Of a DNA stretch of 64,000 nt, positions 11,001 through 19,347 are shown piece by piece. This DNA comes from a virus: positions 23,349 to 87,348 of the IMG/VR virus record IMGVR_UViG_3300005264_000003. One strand, 5' to 3'. How positions within the stretch are numbered: the first letter of the stretch is position 1; every line of letters begins with the position of its first letter. Under the pieces are notes generated by a model that searched no databases, had not been told where the DNA came from, and saw nothing but the letters and a program-made list of their open reading frames with translations. Both the position numbers and the translations under genes were made by a program.

Positions 11001-13936
11001 CTACGGGTATCGGAATATTCGCTCCCGCTGCGACAATGACTGCAACTTATTTTATGGGTGAGGTAGCATATAAGCATGGGCCAGATTTTATTGGCGGAGC
11101 AATAGACAAGGCTGCAAAGAAAGCAATTGAGCATCCATTCTTACAGAAAGCACTTAGAAAGGAATCATTTACTGGTGCAGTTTCTAGGGGGCCAGTGGAA
11201 AGGTTCATGTCTTATGCTATTAAGAATCCTAAAAAGGCTTTGTTTGGATTAGCAATGTTGCCTGCAATACCTTTTGTTCCAGGATTCCTCGGATCAGATA
11301 AAAACTATATGGAAAAAAAGGCTGAATACGATGGCGAAAAAGATGTTGCCATTAGAAAGTATCGTGGATGGCTATTATCTTCATCTCCATTTGAGGGCGG
11401 TAGAGTTAGATCGTTTCGTAGGCATGCTTTAAATTTGGTTGAGAGCGACTTTGAGAACAGAGGGGTAGTCTATCCTTCTTTCGCAGAAAGATTTGCTCAC
11501 AGCGCAACCCTAGGCCTCTACAAGCCTAATATGCTAGAGGAGTACCACAAGGAATCGCAGCCAGTATATAAATCTGCTCCATTCGGAGCAAACATTCCAT
11601 TACTTGGTCCTTTGATAGCCGGTACGTTGGGTCAAATAATTGGACAAAAAACATATCACGTTCCAGGAGAAACAGCAGGAGAGGGCGATGGAGTTGGATA
11701 TGATATGGGCATCGGACTAGAGCAGTCATTAAGTGATGGCGAGTCAAGAGCTATGATTGCTGGTGATGGTAGTACTGGATATATAATGGGCCTAGAAGAT
11801 CCTGCATCTTTAAACTCTATGGCTTCAAGATTTGCTGACACACTTTCTGATTTATCCGGTTTCCGTGGCTTTACAACAAAGACACTTTACAGTCGAGGAT
11901 CAGGAAAGTCGCTGCCAGATGATTACACACCATATGCGCAAGATGCAAGTCAAATGTATAGTCCCGCAGAGCAAATGTGGCAATACAATCTTGGTGACAT
12001 AACAGTAGTTGGTGGTGAGTTTTTACGTCGTGTATTACAAAATTCTGAGAAGAAGTGGCAAGTTAATGATATACCGAACGAGTTAATGGGAGTAAGCTGG
12101 ATACCGCAGAGTGATAATTATGGTAAAGACTTAACTCATGGCACCACTTTCGACAAGGTAGACATGGGTTGGCTTTACGGAGCTAGAAAAGGCTGGGAAT
12201 TTTTATACCCAGGAGAAGCTAATGGAGAAATGGAAACATATGGGGCTCCAGTAAGAACAGAAATATTGTCTCATATAGCACCTTACTCTAGACAGTATAA
12301 ACAAGAAGCAAAAAAGACATTAGACATGGCTCTTGACGATAGAATAGATCCAAGAAGAGAGCAGAGATTCTATGAGACTCTAGAACAAGTTTCTCAAGTT
12401 AAAGAACAGTTATATGCTACGGCAGGAGAATATACACATACAATAGATACAGAAAGTAGATCTGGTGTAGTGCAGTCAATGGATGAGTCAACTGGGTCAT
12501 TTATGATTAATAATACGCAGTATAGGCTGGCTGGGGTATCTACAAATGAGGCTGATATAAGATCAAGGCTATTGCAAAAAAAAGAATTTGAGAATGCTAG
12601 ACAACTAAGCGCTGAAGTGCAGAGAGTTCAGCTTCAAACAGCAGAGATAATGAGAAGCAATCTAGCTCCAGGCACGCATATAGACATGGACGTTGCTACA
12701 GCAGCAATGCTACCTAGTGCTACTAACCTGGGATATGAAGCGAGAATCAGCGGACTTTCAGAAAAGATGCTTGAGGCTGGTGCTGCTTTTGCTGATACCG
12801 GTAACATAGCAACACATAACATGGCGCAAGATAGACATGGTATGTTTAGTAAGCTACTAGCTTCGCATTGGGAAGGAATGACGTCAGTTAACTCGTATTG
12901 GAATAAGAAGCTTATATCTCAAAGAGACTATCTTGATAACTATACCACTAATCAAGTATTTAACCGAGAAGTAAAGCTTTGGACTAGGCCTATCGATCAC
13001 ATACTAAAGCCGTTTATTGCATCAACTATGCATAATTGGTTCGGGCTAGATGCGATACCTTCATTTACTAAGCAGCGCAGAGCTACTCAGCAGTATTGGG
13101 ATATATTAAAGTATATAAAATACAAAACACTATCTACTAAATCTAGGGCTGACGGAGATCTTGATTCAGCTACTTACTATGAAACTCAATGGAGAAGCAC
13201 TATGGTAGGTGCTGATCCAACCAATGAAAGCAAGAGAGACGAACTAATGGCTCTTCCTGGAAATGAGAGACAGTATTTTAATTACTTCTCAGCTGAATCA
13301 GATCCAGATAAAAGATCTGAAATATTTAAGTATTTACCAGAGCCAGCTAAGAGAATATATTCAAGCATATGGCTAAAGAAGATGGCAGAGACGTCGAGTA
13401 ACCAAGAAGTTCAAGCAGCTTGGGCAGGACTAAAATCATCTGAAGGCTGGAGTCTTTCAGAGGAAGAGGAAGCTGACTATATAAATGAAACTAATGGCAA
13501 TGTATCTAAGGGCGACTGGGCTAGAGCAAGATTTGTACAGCAATATGCTAGAGAAAATGATCTTCCTGGACCTGAGTGGTCAGGCTGGAACTCAAATGTA
13601 GATATAGATAACACACAACTGCTTTCATTAATGGAAGATGGAGAGAATGCGCAAGACTATGGATTTTTTGATAGTAAGATACGTAAAGCTCTATATGACG
13701 ATGATGCATATAAGGCAGCAACCGATATAGATTCGGCTAGTACCACTGCCAGCGTATTAATGGGAAGCGCACTTCCCTATTTAATGGAAGATAGCATGTC
13801 TTTATCTTACGCCGTGCCTGTAAGTATGTCTAGTCCTACTATTGAAATGAATATAGAGACTAATGGATTCAATAAAATATTAATGAGAATGAATGACTTA
13901 GGGTCATCACTACTTCCTGATGAATTCCTAGATTAA
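8081..13936 (+). CDS. Giant tape-measure-like/ejection protein with N-terminal DEDDh exonuclease and degenerate SNase domain
   Basis: ExoI SVDIE (D14,E16), ExoII WNPAYD (D227), ExoIII HIASTD (H335,D340); several Gly/Ala hydrophobic segments; 'YRLAGVSTNE' near aa 1481; occupies the tape-measure position after the chaperones. Confidence 0.65.
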   Translation: MSSKPINPITFSVDIEANNLPTDFHIVRGLGEPFRLPDLSKMVDGFANVDIYQIGYMANGEKKHVDVTETTFKHPEVSTPLKYSEEYIDAAGKTRSFKRATTVTASRESYESLFKSSVNKMNAASTEQYRKKVLPYYLLQARKNTQFMLDNGGSIGAMPFDVFIKPYEEIRRIAESPENGFKYSQVTQANFRGKGTDSLYEAIDNLVSSASSKDAPAVFRSWNPAYDAPVILAALQKSGHTALADKFIAQHKSGLLKIQGIEDEWHEVLWKLTKENPDIADDIRVGMHPIAAIATGRPGGKVTTYGEFKYSTYSWKQEDIAKLFRGHKNFRDIGHIASTDILQSEELASFMQAVKERARKTLGLKEATEALNLEDTGNAFTDAFNAEIAKTFGDNGATTARGMLREATIDSKRKNKFFRQNFGSWFAADTSKRARASWTKYPGVIGAAIAVAGATYLANSETKTSLGSGFSSINGVPIGKGIGSGIDKDSPNLGANMVGAMASGIVVPGITMAAIGYGAAQRHPMLGYSPSKPETFTQAWNQIKSTIRYGIKTTEGQVSLARVFELGSLTDYFSSSRTYLAGKGKSGNLPNGKPGRYYKFNVIQTKNGITRVLDQKSPGHGMDMTKFMHVLKRDNISQYKKLDSILNPNIKDMAPEKRPYTRQIRIASTVGGGTRVQWDDYATESFGKENRITNYLLIDKHIGINKLRDVIPQAANLHTRQTDKNNLRSTNTAAREAVHRDMYRYGGFAKDEYEDYMGRLVKPGFARRSELGNTAWRGAEKLRWMLDLNSKSVGEANNLLIPNVAETLNSTKAVVLVKDARYYADVIPNWLIGSMDRFLETPFEFLGVEHGKIEGLANKLKASPNFTTNTFGKALSAIEKPHFGLGLAANGGSASRYLMSFGLKRVLPAYLAINMFSLTDHLLGAATMSPTGRGPLTSVPIKAYETASLLYTKMSDIVGLTDYAKWQADVAPGSTGIGIFAPAATMTATYFMGEVAYKHGPDFIGGAIDKAAKKAIEHPFLQKALRKESFTGAVSRGPVERFMSYAIKNPKKALFGLAMLPAIPFVPGFLGSDKNYMEKKAEYDGEKDVAIRKYRGWLLSSSPFEGGRVRSFRRHALNLVESDFENRGVVYPSFAERFAHSATLGLYKPNMLEEYHKESQPVYKSAPFGANIPLLGPLIAGTLGQIIGQKTYHVPGETAGEGDGVGYDMGIGLEQSLSDGESRAMIAGDGSTGYIMGLEDPASLNSMASRFADTLSDLSGFRGFTTKTLYSRGSGKSLPDDYTPYAQDASQMYSPAEQMWQYNLGDITVVGGEFLRRVLQNSEKKWQVNDIPNELMGVSWIPQSDNYGKDLTHGTTFDKVDMGWLYGARKGWEFLYPGEANGEMETYGAPVRTEILSHIAPYSRQYKQEAKKTLDMALDDRIDPRREQRFYETLEQVSQVKEQLYATAGEYTHTIDTESRSGVVQSMDESTGSFMINNTQYRLAGVSTNEADIRSRLLQKKEFENARQLSAEVQRVQLQTAEIMRSNLAPGTHIDMDVATAAMLPSATNLGYEARISGLSEKMLEAGAAFADTGNIATHNMAQDRHGMFSKLLASHWEGMTSVNSYWNKKLISQRDYLDNYTTNQVFNREVKLWTRPIDHILKPFIASTMHNWFGLDAIPSFTKQRRATQQYWDILKYIKYKTLSTKSRADGDLDSATYYETQWRSTMVGADPTNESKRDELMALPGNERQYFNYFSAESDPDKRSEIFKYLPEPAKRIYSSIWLKKMAETSSNQEVQAAWAGLKSSEGWSLSEEEEADYINETNGNVSKGDWARARFVQQYARENDLPGPEWSGWNSNVDIDNTQLLSLMEDGENAQDYGFFDSKIRKALYDDDAYKAATDIDSASTTASVLMGSALPYLMEDSMSLSYAVPVSMSSPTIEMNIETNGFNKILMRMNDLGSSLLPDEFLD

Positions 13937-13946
13937 CGGAGAGCAT

Positions 13947-16900
13947 ATGTCATACAACAATCCATACGATAAAGAAGACGGAATACTTGGTACTATTGTG
14001 AAAGGCACTGCTCTTACTGGTGCAGGCGTAGTGGCAGTTAATGCTTATAGAAATCCAGAAGCTACAAGACGTAAGTTTGGTCAAGCAATGGACATGATTG
14101 CTCCAATTAAGAGCCCTAAGCTTAATCCTTATCAGCAGAGACTAGCAAGAGCGAATGAGATTCTATTTAGCACAGTAGCAGAAAGAGATGCTAGAATTAA
14201 ATCAAAAGATAAAATTAGAGCAGCAGAAGCCATGCAGATGACTGGGTCTAAAAGCTCATGGTCTGCAATAACGCCTGTTGCACTACCAATTGGAGCTGAC
14301 AGTAAGCAGAAAGTATTGAATGAGATTTCAGCTCAAGTTAGCGAGTATTCATTTGAGAAGCTAGATGACATTCGCGATATAGACAATAGGCCCATTGGAA
14401 ACAAAATACATAAACAGCTTAAAAAGAAGTTTCCAGGACAGATAACAAATGCTCCTAAGTTTAAAGGTACGAGAGCTACATGGAGGATAGGAGGCGAGGA
14501 TCTAGAGATAGATTTCTCTAAACGCATAGGACAAACTGAAGGCTTCATGAAGCGCATAGGTGAGTCAATGTATGTAGCTCCATGGAGAGCAGACCTTCAA
14601 AGCGTCGATGGGAAACTAGGGTATCAGTTATCTGATCCCAACACTGATATATTAAGCTTCCTAAGCGATATGAATGATGAAAATGGAAATGGTAGATTAT
14701 TCTGGGGAGTAAATGAGAATAGCGAGGTAAGAAGTAAGTTTGAGAAATTAACAGGCAGTGGAATGGATAGTAAAAGGGCTATGGCTAAGCTTAGATCTGA
14801 AGCAGAGAAGTATTCATTGAGAGAGTTAGATGTAGTCAGGAACTTGCAGGAAGCAATTAAAAGAGAAACAAGAACTGATACGCAAATAGCCGATAATGAT
14901 ATTATAGGAAGAAATATGCACGCCTCGAAGGTGCAAGTAAATGAGCACAGCGCATATCTTGTTGGGCAAATGCCTGCTCATAGAGGAGTTGGGTCCAGAG
15001 CTCTTGGTACTGGTGCCATTAATAGTGATGTAATTGACGGCAAGAACGTGCAAGAGTTATACGATATACATACAAATTCAACAATGGATAACAATCTAAT
15101 AACAATATCTACTAGCGGCAATACTAGTAAAAGAATAAGAGAGATGGCTATAAAGCATGGAGGCTATGTAGATAGCCAAAGCACAGTTGCTGAACTTGGT
15201 TGGAGCATGAGAGTAGGATCTACAGCTGCATATGCTGAAAGAGAGAAAAGCTTTAAAGGAATAATGTTTGAAAGCCATAAGCTTGCCAAGACTCCGTTTA
15301 GTGGCGTAGGAGGCACGAAGATAGATAGTGATGCATTGGCTAGGATTAGACACAACTTCTTTATTAATGATGATGGTGCAGATAGTGATTTCAAGTATAG
15401 TTCTCATGTACAAAGCAAGGCTATTGTACAAAAAAATAAGGGCGTTTATAATATGGCTCTTGCTTTAAGTCCATTTGAATCTGAAGCAATAATGATAGGA
15501 GACGCAACTAGCGAGAACATGAAGACACTTGCTCCAAAGACAACTAGTGTAGCAGCAATGGCCATCAAGAAAGGCGATAAGGCATATGAAAAATCTTTCG
15601 TTGAAATGAAGTATTTCGATGTGGATTCTAATTCTCAGAAATCATTCACAAATCTTACGCTTCAAGACATAATGGAAGATTCACACAAAAGCAATATTAT
15701 GACTCAAGGATTTGGTGAGATACACATAAAGAGAGGTACGATATTAGGCAAAAAGCCAGTTGGTCAAGAATTACTCAATGATGGCACTGTAAATGATATA
15801 ATTGCTAGAGAAAGCGGAATTATAAAAACACAAGTCAACAGGCTGATTGGTAGAGATGATTATATATCTACATTAGCATCACATAACAGAATGATTGTTG
15901 ATGGTCATAAGCTAGCAGGAGGAGTTAAGATTGTATCACAAGTGCATGAGGATGCAGTTAAGATGGCACTTAGCAATGTAACTACACGTAACACGACTAA
16001 CTTTAGAGACAATGAATTAGTAAATGAATTGACTCAAAATGCAGGGCTTGGTAAAGCAGAAGGTACTATGTCACTGGACTTTCTTAAAAAAACACTTCCT
16101 AAAAAGGGTCCAAATAACAGAGTAGTGCTTGGTAAGGGTTCTTCTGAGTTAATGCAAGTTTTACAGTCTGCGATTGGGTGGCAGGCTCTGCAAGGTGATC
16201 ATGATGTAAAATTAAAAGGTAAGGCGGCACAGCAGTTCTCTAAGTATATTAATAATGGTAACACTCATTTAATTAATGGAGAGTTAAACTTATCAAAGAT
16301 CATGAAGAAAGGTAACTTATCTTTCAAGCAAATGATACATGATAAGAAGTTATTCGCAGACCAGTATGAGCACACAATTGAAACACTTGGCCTAATAAGA
16401 GAAGGGTTTGGCAATGGAGATGCTCAAACTATTATTCAGCCAATGAGAGGAAGTGTAGACATAGGCTTTTCATCAAAAGGAGCTAAGTCTGCAGCCACAA
16501 CAATAGACACTCACATAAGGCAACTTGAAATACTTGGAGAAAGAGCAAAGAGTGGCACAAATGCAAGGAAGCTTCTTGCAAAACAAATAACAATTGGTGA
16601 GATAGCGAAGACAGTTACAGCTAATGCCAGGGAATTAGCAATGGGTGTAATTGGTGGTGTAATGCCTCAAGAGCAAGCATGGAATTCTATAGGTAAAGAG
16701 TTTAGTGAAATGAAATTATCTTCTAAGGCAATTTTTAATTTTTTAGATAATCCAGAAATACTTAGAGACCTAGGCGTCAACAGTACTACTCCTGCTATTA
16801 AAATGAGCAACGAGTTAAGACTTATGGAAAGTGGAGCCAGGGGCCATAATATTAATGGAGCACTAAAAGCCTACGGTGACAGCTTTGGGCATATACCTCA

Positions 16901-19337
16901 CCTTAAGGATCCAGGTGATATACTTAAAATGCTAGGTGGTGTGAATGCATATGATGACATAACTTTAAAGAGGCCAGAGGTTGCTCTTAATACATTCTTA
17001 AATTCTGGGCACAGCTTTGAAGACTCCAAGGGTAATATTATAAATAACAGGCATGGGTTTACAATAGAGGCTGACGGAAAGAAATTATACATACCAAGTG
17101 GAGATGTATGGTCTGGGTATGTTACTGAAGATGGGTCTACTACGTTTGATAGTATGTTTCTTAAGACTCAGAAAATGCTAAGAGGCTTAACGGTACGAGA
17201 TGGGGAGCCTGGAGATATTGAGGGATGGACTAAGTCATTATTTGGAGAACTAGGCAACTCAAAAGAAGGACTAAGAGGACAGGCAACATTAAAGGTAGAT
17301 GGATCTTCATATGTTAAGGTTGCACAAGATTATAGATTATTACAGAACGATGTATTAGGTGGAGCAATTGATTCATGGGATACAGATGCTAGCTCAAAAG
17401 AAATTAGATATGCAGCATCAGAACTAAAGCACTTACTTGGCAACAGCTCTGCTATGTCAGCTGACGACTTCGATAGTCAAATTAAGCAAATGCTTAGTGA
17501 GACATTTGAGCAATCTCAAGATAACTCTACGTTAAAAAGATCAATGAATGAAATACTTGTCGCTCAGTATGGAGAAGGACATTTCTTGGCTAAGTATGAA
17601 AGTAAGATTAACTCCATAAAAGCTAAGGAAGATATAATACCGCTAGTAGAAAAAATTACCTCTGATCAAGTAAAACTTAGTGATAAAATAGCTGATATGT
17701 ATGAAGAGTTTGGCAAGACAGGCAATGCTAGTCTCTATAATGATATAATGAGCGAGTCTAGAAATATGCATCAGTCTTATAGCATCAGATACCCGCATAT
17801 ACTACAGGGCTCTCATTCACAAACACCTACATTTATAAGCAAAGCAATAAGACGTGGTACAGTAGCGCTTGGTAATATAGACTTAGTTAACAAGAATGGT
17901 GACCATGATGGTGATGCAAATTTTGTGAAAGGAATATACAGTAGGGCTACGAGAAATAAGACGTTTGAAATGATAGATGTGCAGCAAAGAGAAGCATTTA
18001 AGCACATGAGCCTTAGAATTCAAGGTGTAATGGCCGACATATTTCAAGGAGGCGTTGACGCTAAAGGTCCTGCGCTTGCAGCTTCAATAGATGGAGCAAG
18101 CTCAGTAGCGGAAACGATACTAAAGACAAACCCAATGGCTACATCAGTTGCCTCATTTATGACAAAAGCTGTTACTGGTGGCTTTAATGTTGGAGCTCTA
18201 CAGACAAAAGGTTACCTTGGCATGATACAAGAGAGCTTAGGCTTATCAGAGGATCATATAGCTTCAATGAATTCATATTTTAGCAATATGATTTCAATGA
18301 CAACAGAGCAGAAGATAATTGGATCAAAGCAAATGGAAACAGTTATAGGTGACTTTCAAGGCTTACCAGATGAAAATAAAATGAAAGGCATACTAGGCAT
18401 GCTTAATCAAGATGATTATATGGAAAAGTCCCTCCAGGATATAAGATCTACCGGTAAAGTTAATCCATTAATTGGCACATGGGCATCAGATGCAGCTAGG
18501 CATAACAATCCAAAGGAAATAAGAGAAGTTGCACAGGCAGTCCTTAATTTTGCTGATATGGAAAACGGATGGCAAGAGTTTGGAGAGGCAGATTTCAGGT
18601 CTACCATGAACATTATAGGACACAAAGAAGATGTTATAGATACAATGTGGGATCAGTATATAGAAACCATGGCAGTAGAGAGGCAGAATCTTGCCTCTAA
18701 CAGTGAAGCTATGAGGGCTGCAGGATTGCAAGATAAGCAGCTATTTGAAATATGGGGAGACGCATTGCGCAGCAAGGACCTATCTGCATCTGAGAATATC
18801 AGCTTTATCTTAAGTAAAAAGAACTCTCCAGGCGAAGCGCTTGCAGCACTTGATCTTAATCGTCAAATGTCAATAGCAGGTAACATGCTTAATCTTCCAG
18901 AAATGAGCAACACGCTACCTCAGAAAGGAAGAAGGATAATAGGGTATGATAAGTTACAGGATGGCATATCATGGATGATGGATCCAGTACACGGCGGAGG
19001 GCCTGTTAGGATGGCTGGAGTTGCTGGTATTGGACTGGTATCAATGACTGCGCTAAATGTCTTGTCTGGTGATGGCACACTGGAAGATCCAGGCGATTTA
19101 CCTAGCGTCAACAATCCATCCTTTACATCTAATAGAGGCAGTGGTAATATGTCCATGAGTACACTTTCATCTAATGTTGGGCTAAACTCTAATATAAACT
19201 TATTAACAGATAATACAATGAGTCCAACAAGTGCTATTGGTATGATGCAAGGTATGCTTGGGTACCAAGGCAACACAATATCTGTTAGACATGACGGTGA
19301 AGATCCTTATAAGCAAGACCTTATGTATTATAAATAG
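13947..19337 (+). CDS. Putative single-chain two-barrel (DPBB) RNA polymerase, likely virion-associated
   Basis: Collinear motifs: YNMALALSPFESEAIMI, IKRGTILGK, GHKLAGGVK (beta-like); KEGLRGQATLKVDGSSY, IRYPH (R1281), NGDHDGD (aa 1317-1323) (beta'-like). Confidence 0.75.
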   Translation: MSYNNPYDKEDGILGTIVKGTALTGAGVVAVNAYRNPEATRRKFGQAMDMIAPIKSPKLNPYQQRLARANEILFSTVAERDARIKSKDKIRAAEAMQMTGSKSSWSAITPVALPIGADSKQKVLNEISAQVSEYSFEKLDDIRDIDNRPIGNKIHKQLKKKFPGQITNAPKFKGTRATWRIGGEDLEIDFSKRIGQTEGFMKRIGESMYVAPWRADLQSVDGKLGYQLSDPNTDILSFLSDMNDENGNGRLFWGVNENSEVRSKFEKLTGSGMDSKRAMAKLRSEAEKYSLRELDVVRNLQEAIKRETRTDTQIADNDIIGRNMHASKVQVNEHSAYLVGQMPAHRGVGSRALGTGAINSDVIDGKNVQELYDIHTNSTMDNNLITISTSGNTSKRIREMAIKHGGYVDSQSTVAELGWSMRVGSTAAYAEREKSFKGIMFESHKLAKTPFSGVGGTKIDSDALARIRHNFFINDDGADSDFKYSSHVQSKAIVQKNKGVYNMALALSPFESEAIMIGDATSENMKTLAPKTTSVAAMAIKKGDKAYEKSFVEMKYFDVDSNSQKSFTNLTLQDIMEDSHKSNIMTQGFGEIHIKRGTILGKKPVGQELLNDGTVNDIIARESGIIKTQVNRLIGRDDYISTLASHNRMIVDGHKLAGGVKIVSQVHEDAVKMALSNVTTRNTTNFRDNELVNELTQNAGLGKAEGTMSLDFLKKTLPKKGPNNRVVLGKGSSELMQVLQSAIGWQALQGDHDVKLKGKAAQQFSKYINNGNTHLINGELNLSKIMKKGNLSFKQMIHDKKLFADQYEHTIETLGLIREGFGNGDAQTIIQPMRGSVDIGFSSKGAKSAATTIDTHIRQLEILGERAKSGTNARKLLAKQITIGEIAKTVTANARELAMGVIGGVMPQEQAWNSIGKEFSEMKLSSKAIFNFLDNPEILRDLGVNSTTPAIKMSNELRLMESGARGHNINGALKAYGDSFGHIPHLKDPGDILKMLGGVNAYDDITLKRPEVALNTFLNSGHSFEDSKGNIINNRHGFTIEADGKKLYIPSGDVWSGYVTEDGSTTFDSMFLKTQKMLRGLTVRDGEPGDIEGWTKSLFGELGNSKEGLRGQATLKVDGSSYVKVAQDYRLLQNDVLGGAIDSWDTDASSKEIRYAASELKHLLGNSSAMSADDFDSQIKQMLSETFEQSQDNSTLKRSMNEILVAQYGEGHFLAKYESKINSIKAKEDIIPLVEKITSDQVKLSDKIADMYEEFGKTGNASLYNDIMSESRNMHQSYSIRYPHILQGSHSQTPTFISKAIRRGTVALGNIDLVNKNGDHDGDANFVKGIYSRATRNKTFEMIDVQQREAFKHMSLRIQGVMADIFQGGVDAKGPALAASIDGASSVAETILKTNPMATSVASFMTKAVTGGFNVGALQTKGYLGMIQESLGLSEDHIASMNSYFSNMISMTTEQKIIGSKQMETVIGDFQGLPDENKMKGILGMLNQDDYMEKSLQDIRSTGKVNPLIGTWASDAARHNNPKEIREVAQAVLNFADMENGWQEFGEADFRSTMNIIGHKEDVIDTMWDQYIETMAVERQNLASNSEAMRAAGLQDKQLFEIWGDALRSKDLSASENISFILSKKNSPGEALAALDLNRQMSIAGNMLNLPEMSNTLPQKGRRIIGYDKLQDGISWMMDPVHGGGPVRMAGVAGIGLVSMTALNVLSGDGTLEDPGDLPSVNNPSFTSNRGSGNMSMSTLSSNVGLNSNINLLTDNTMSPTSAIGMMQGMLGYQGNTISVRHDGEDPYKQDLMYYK

Positions 19338-19347
19338 AGGTAAATAA

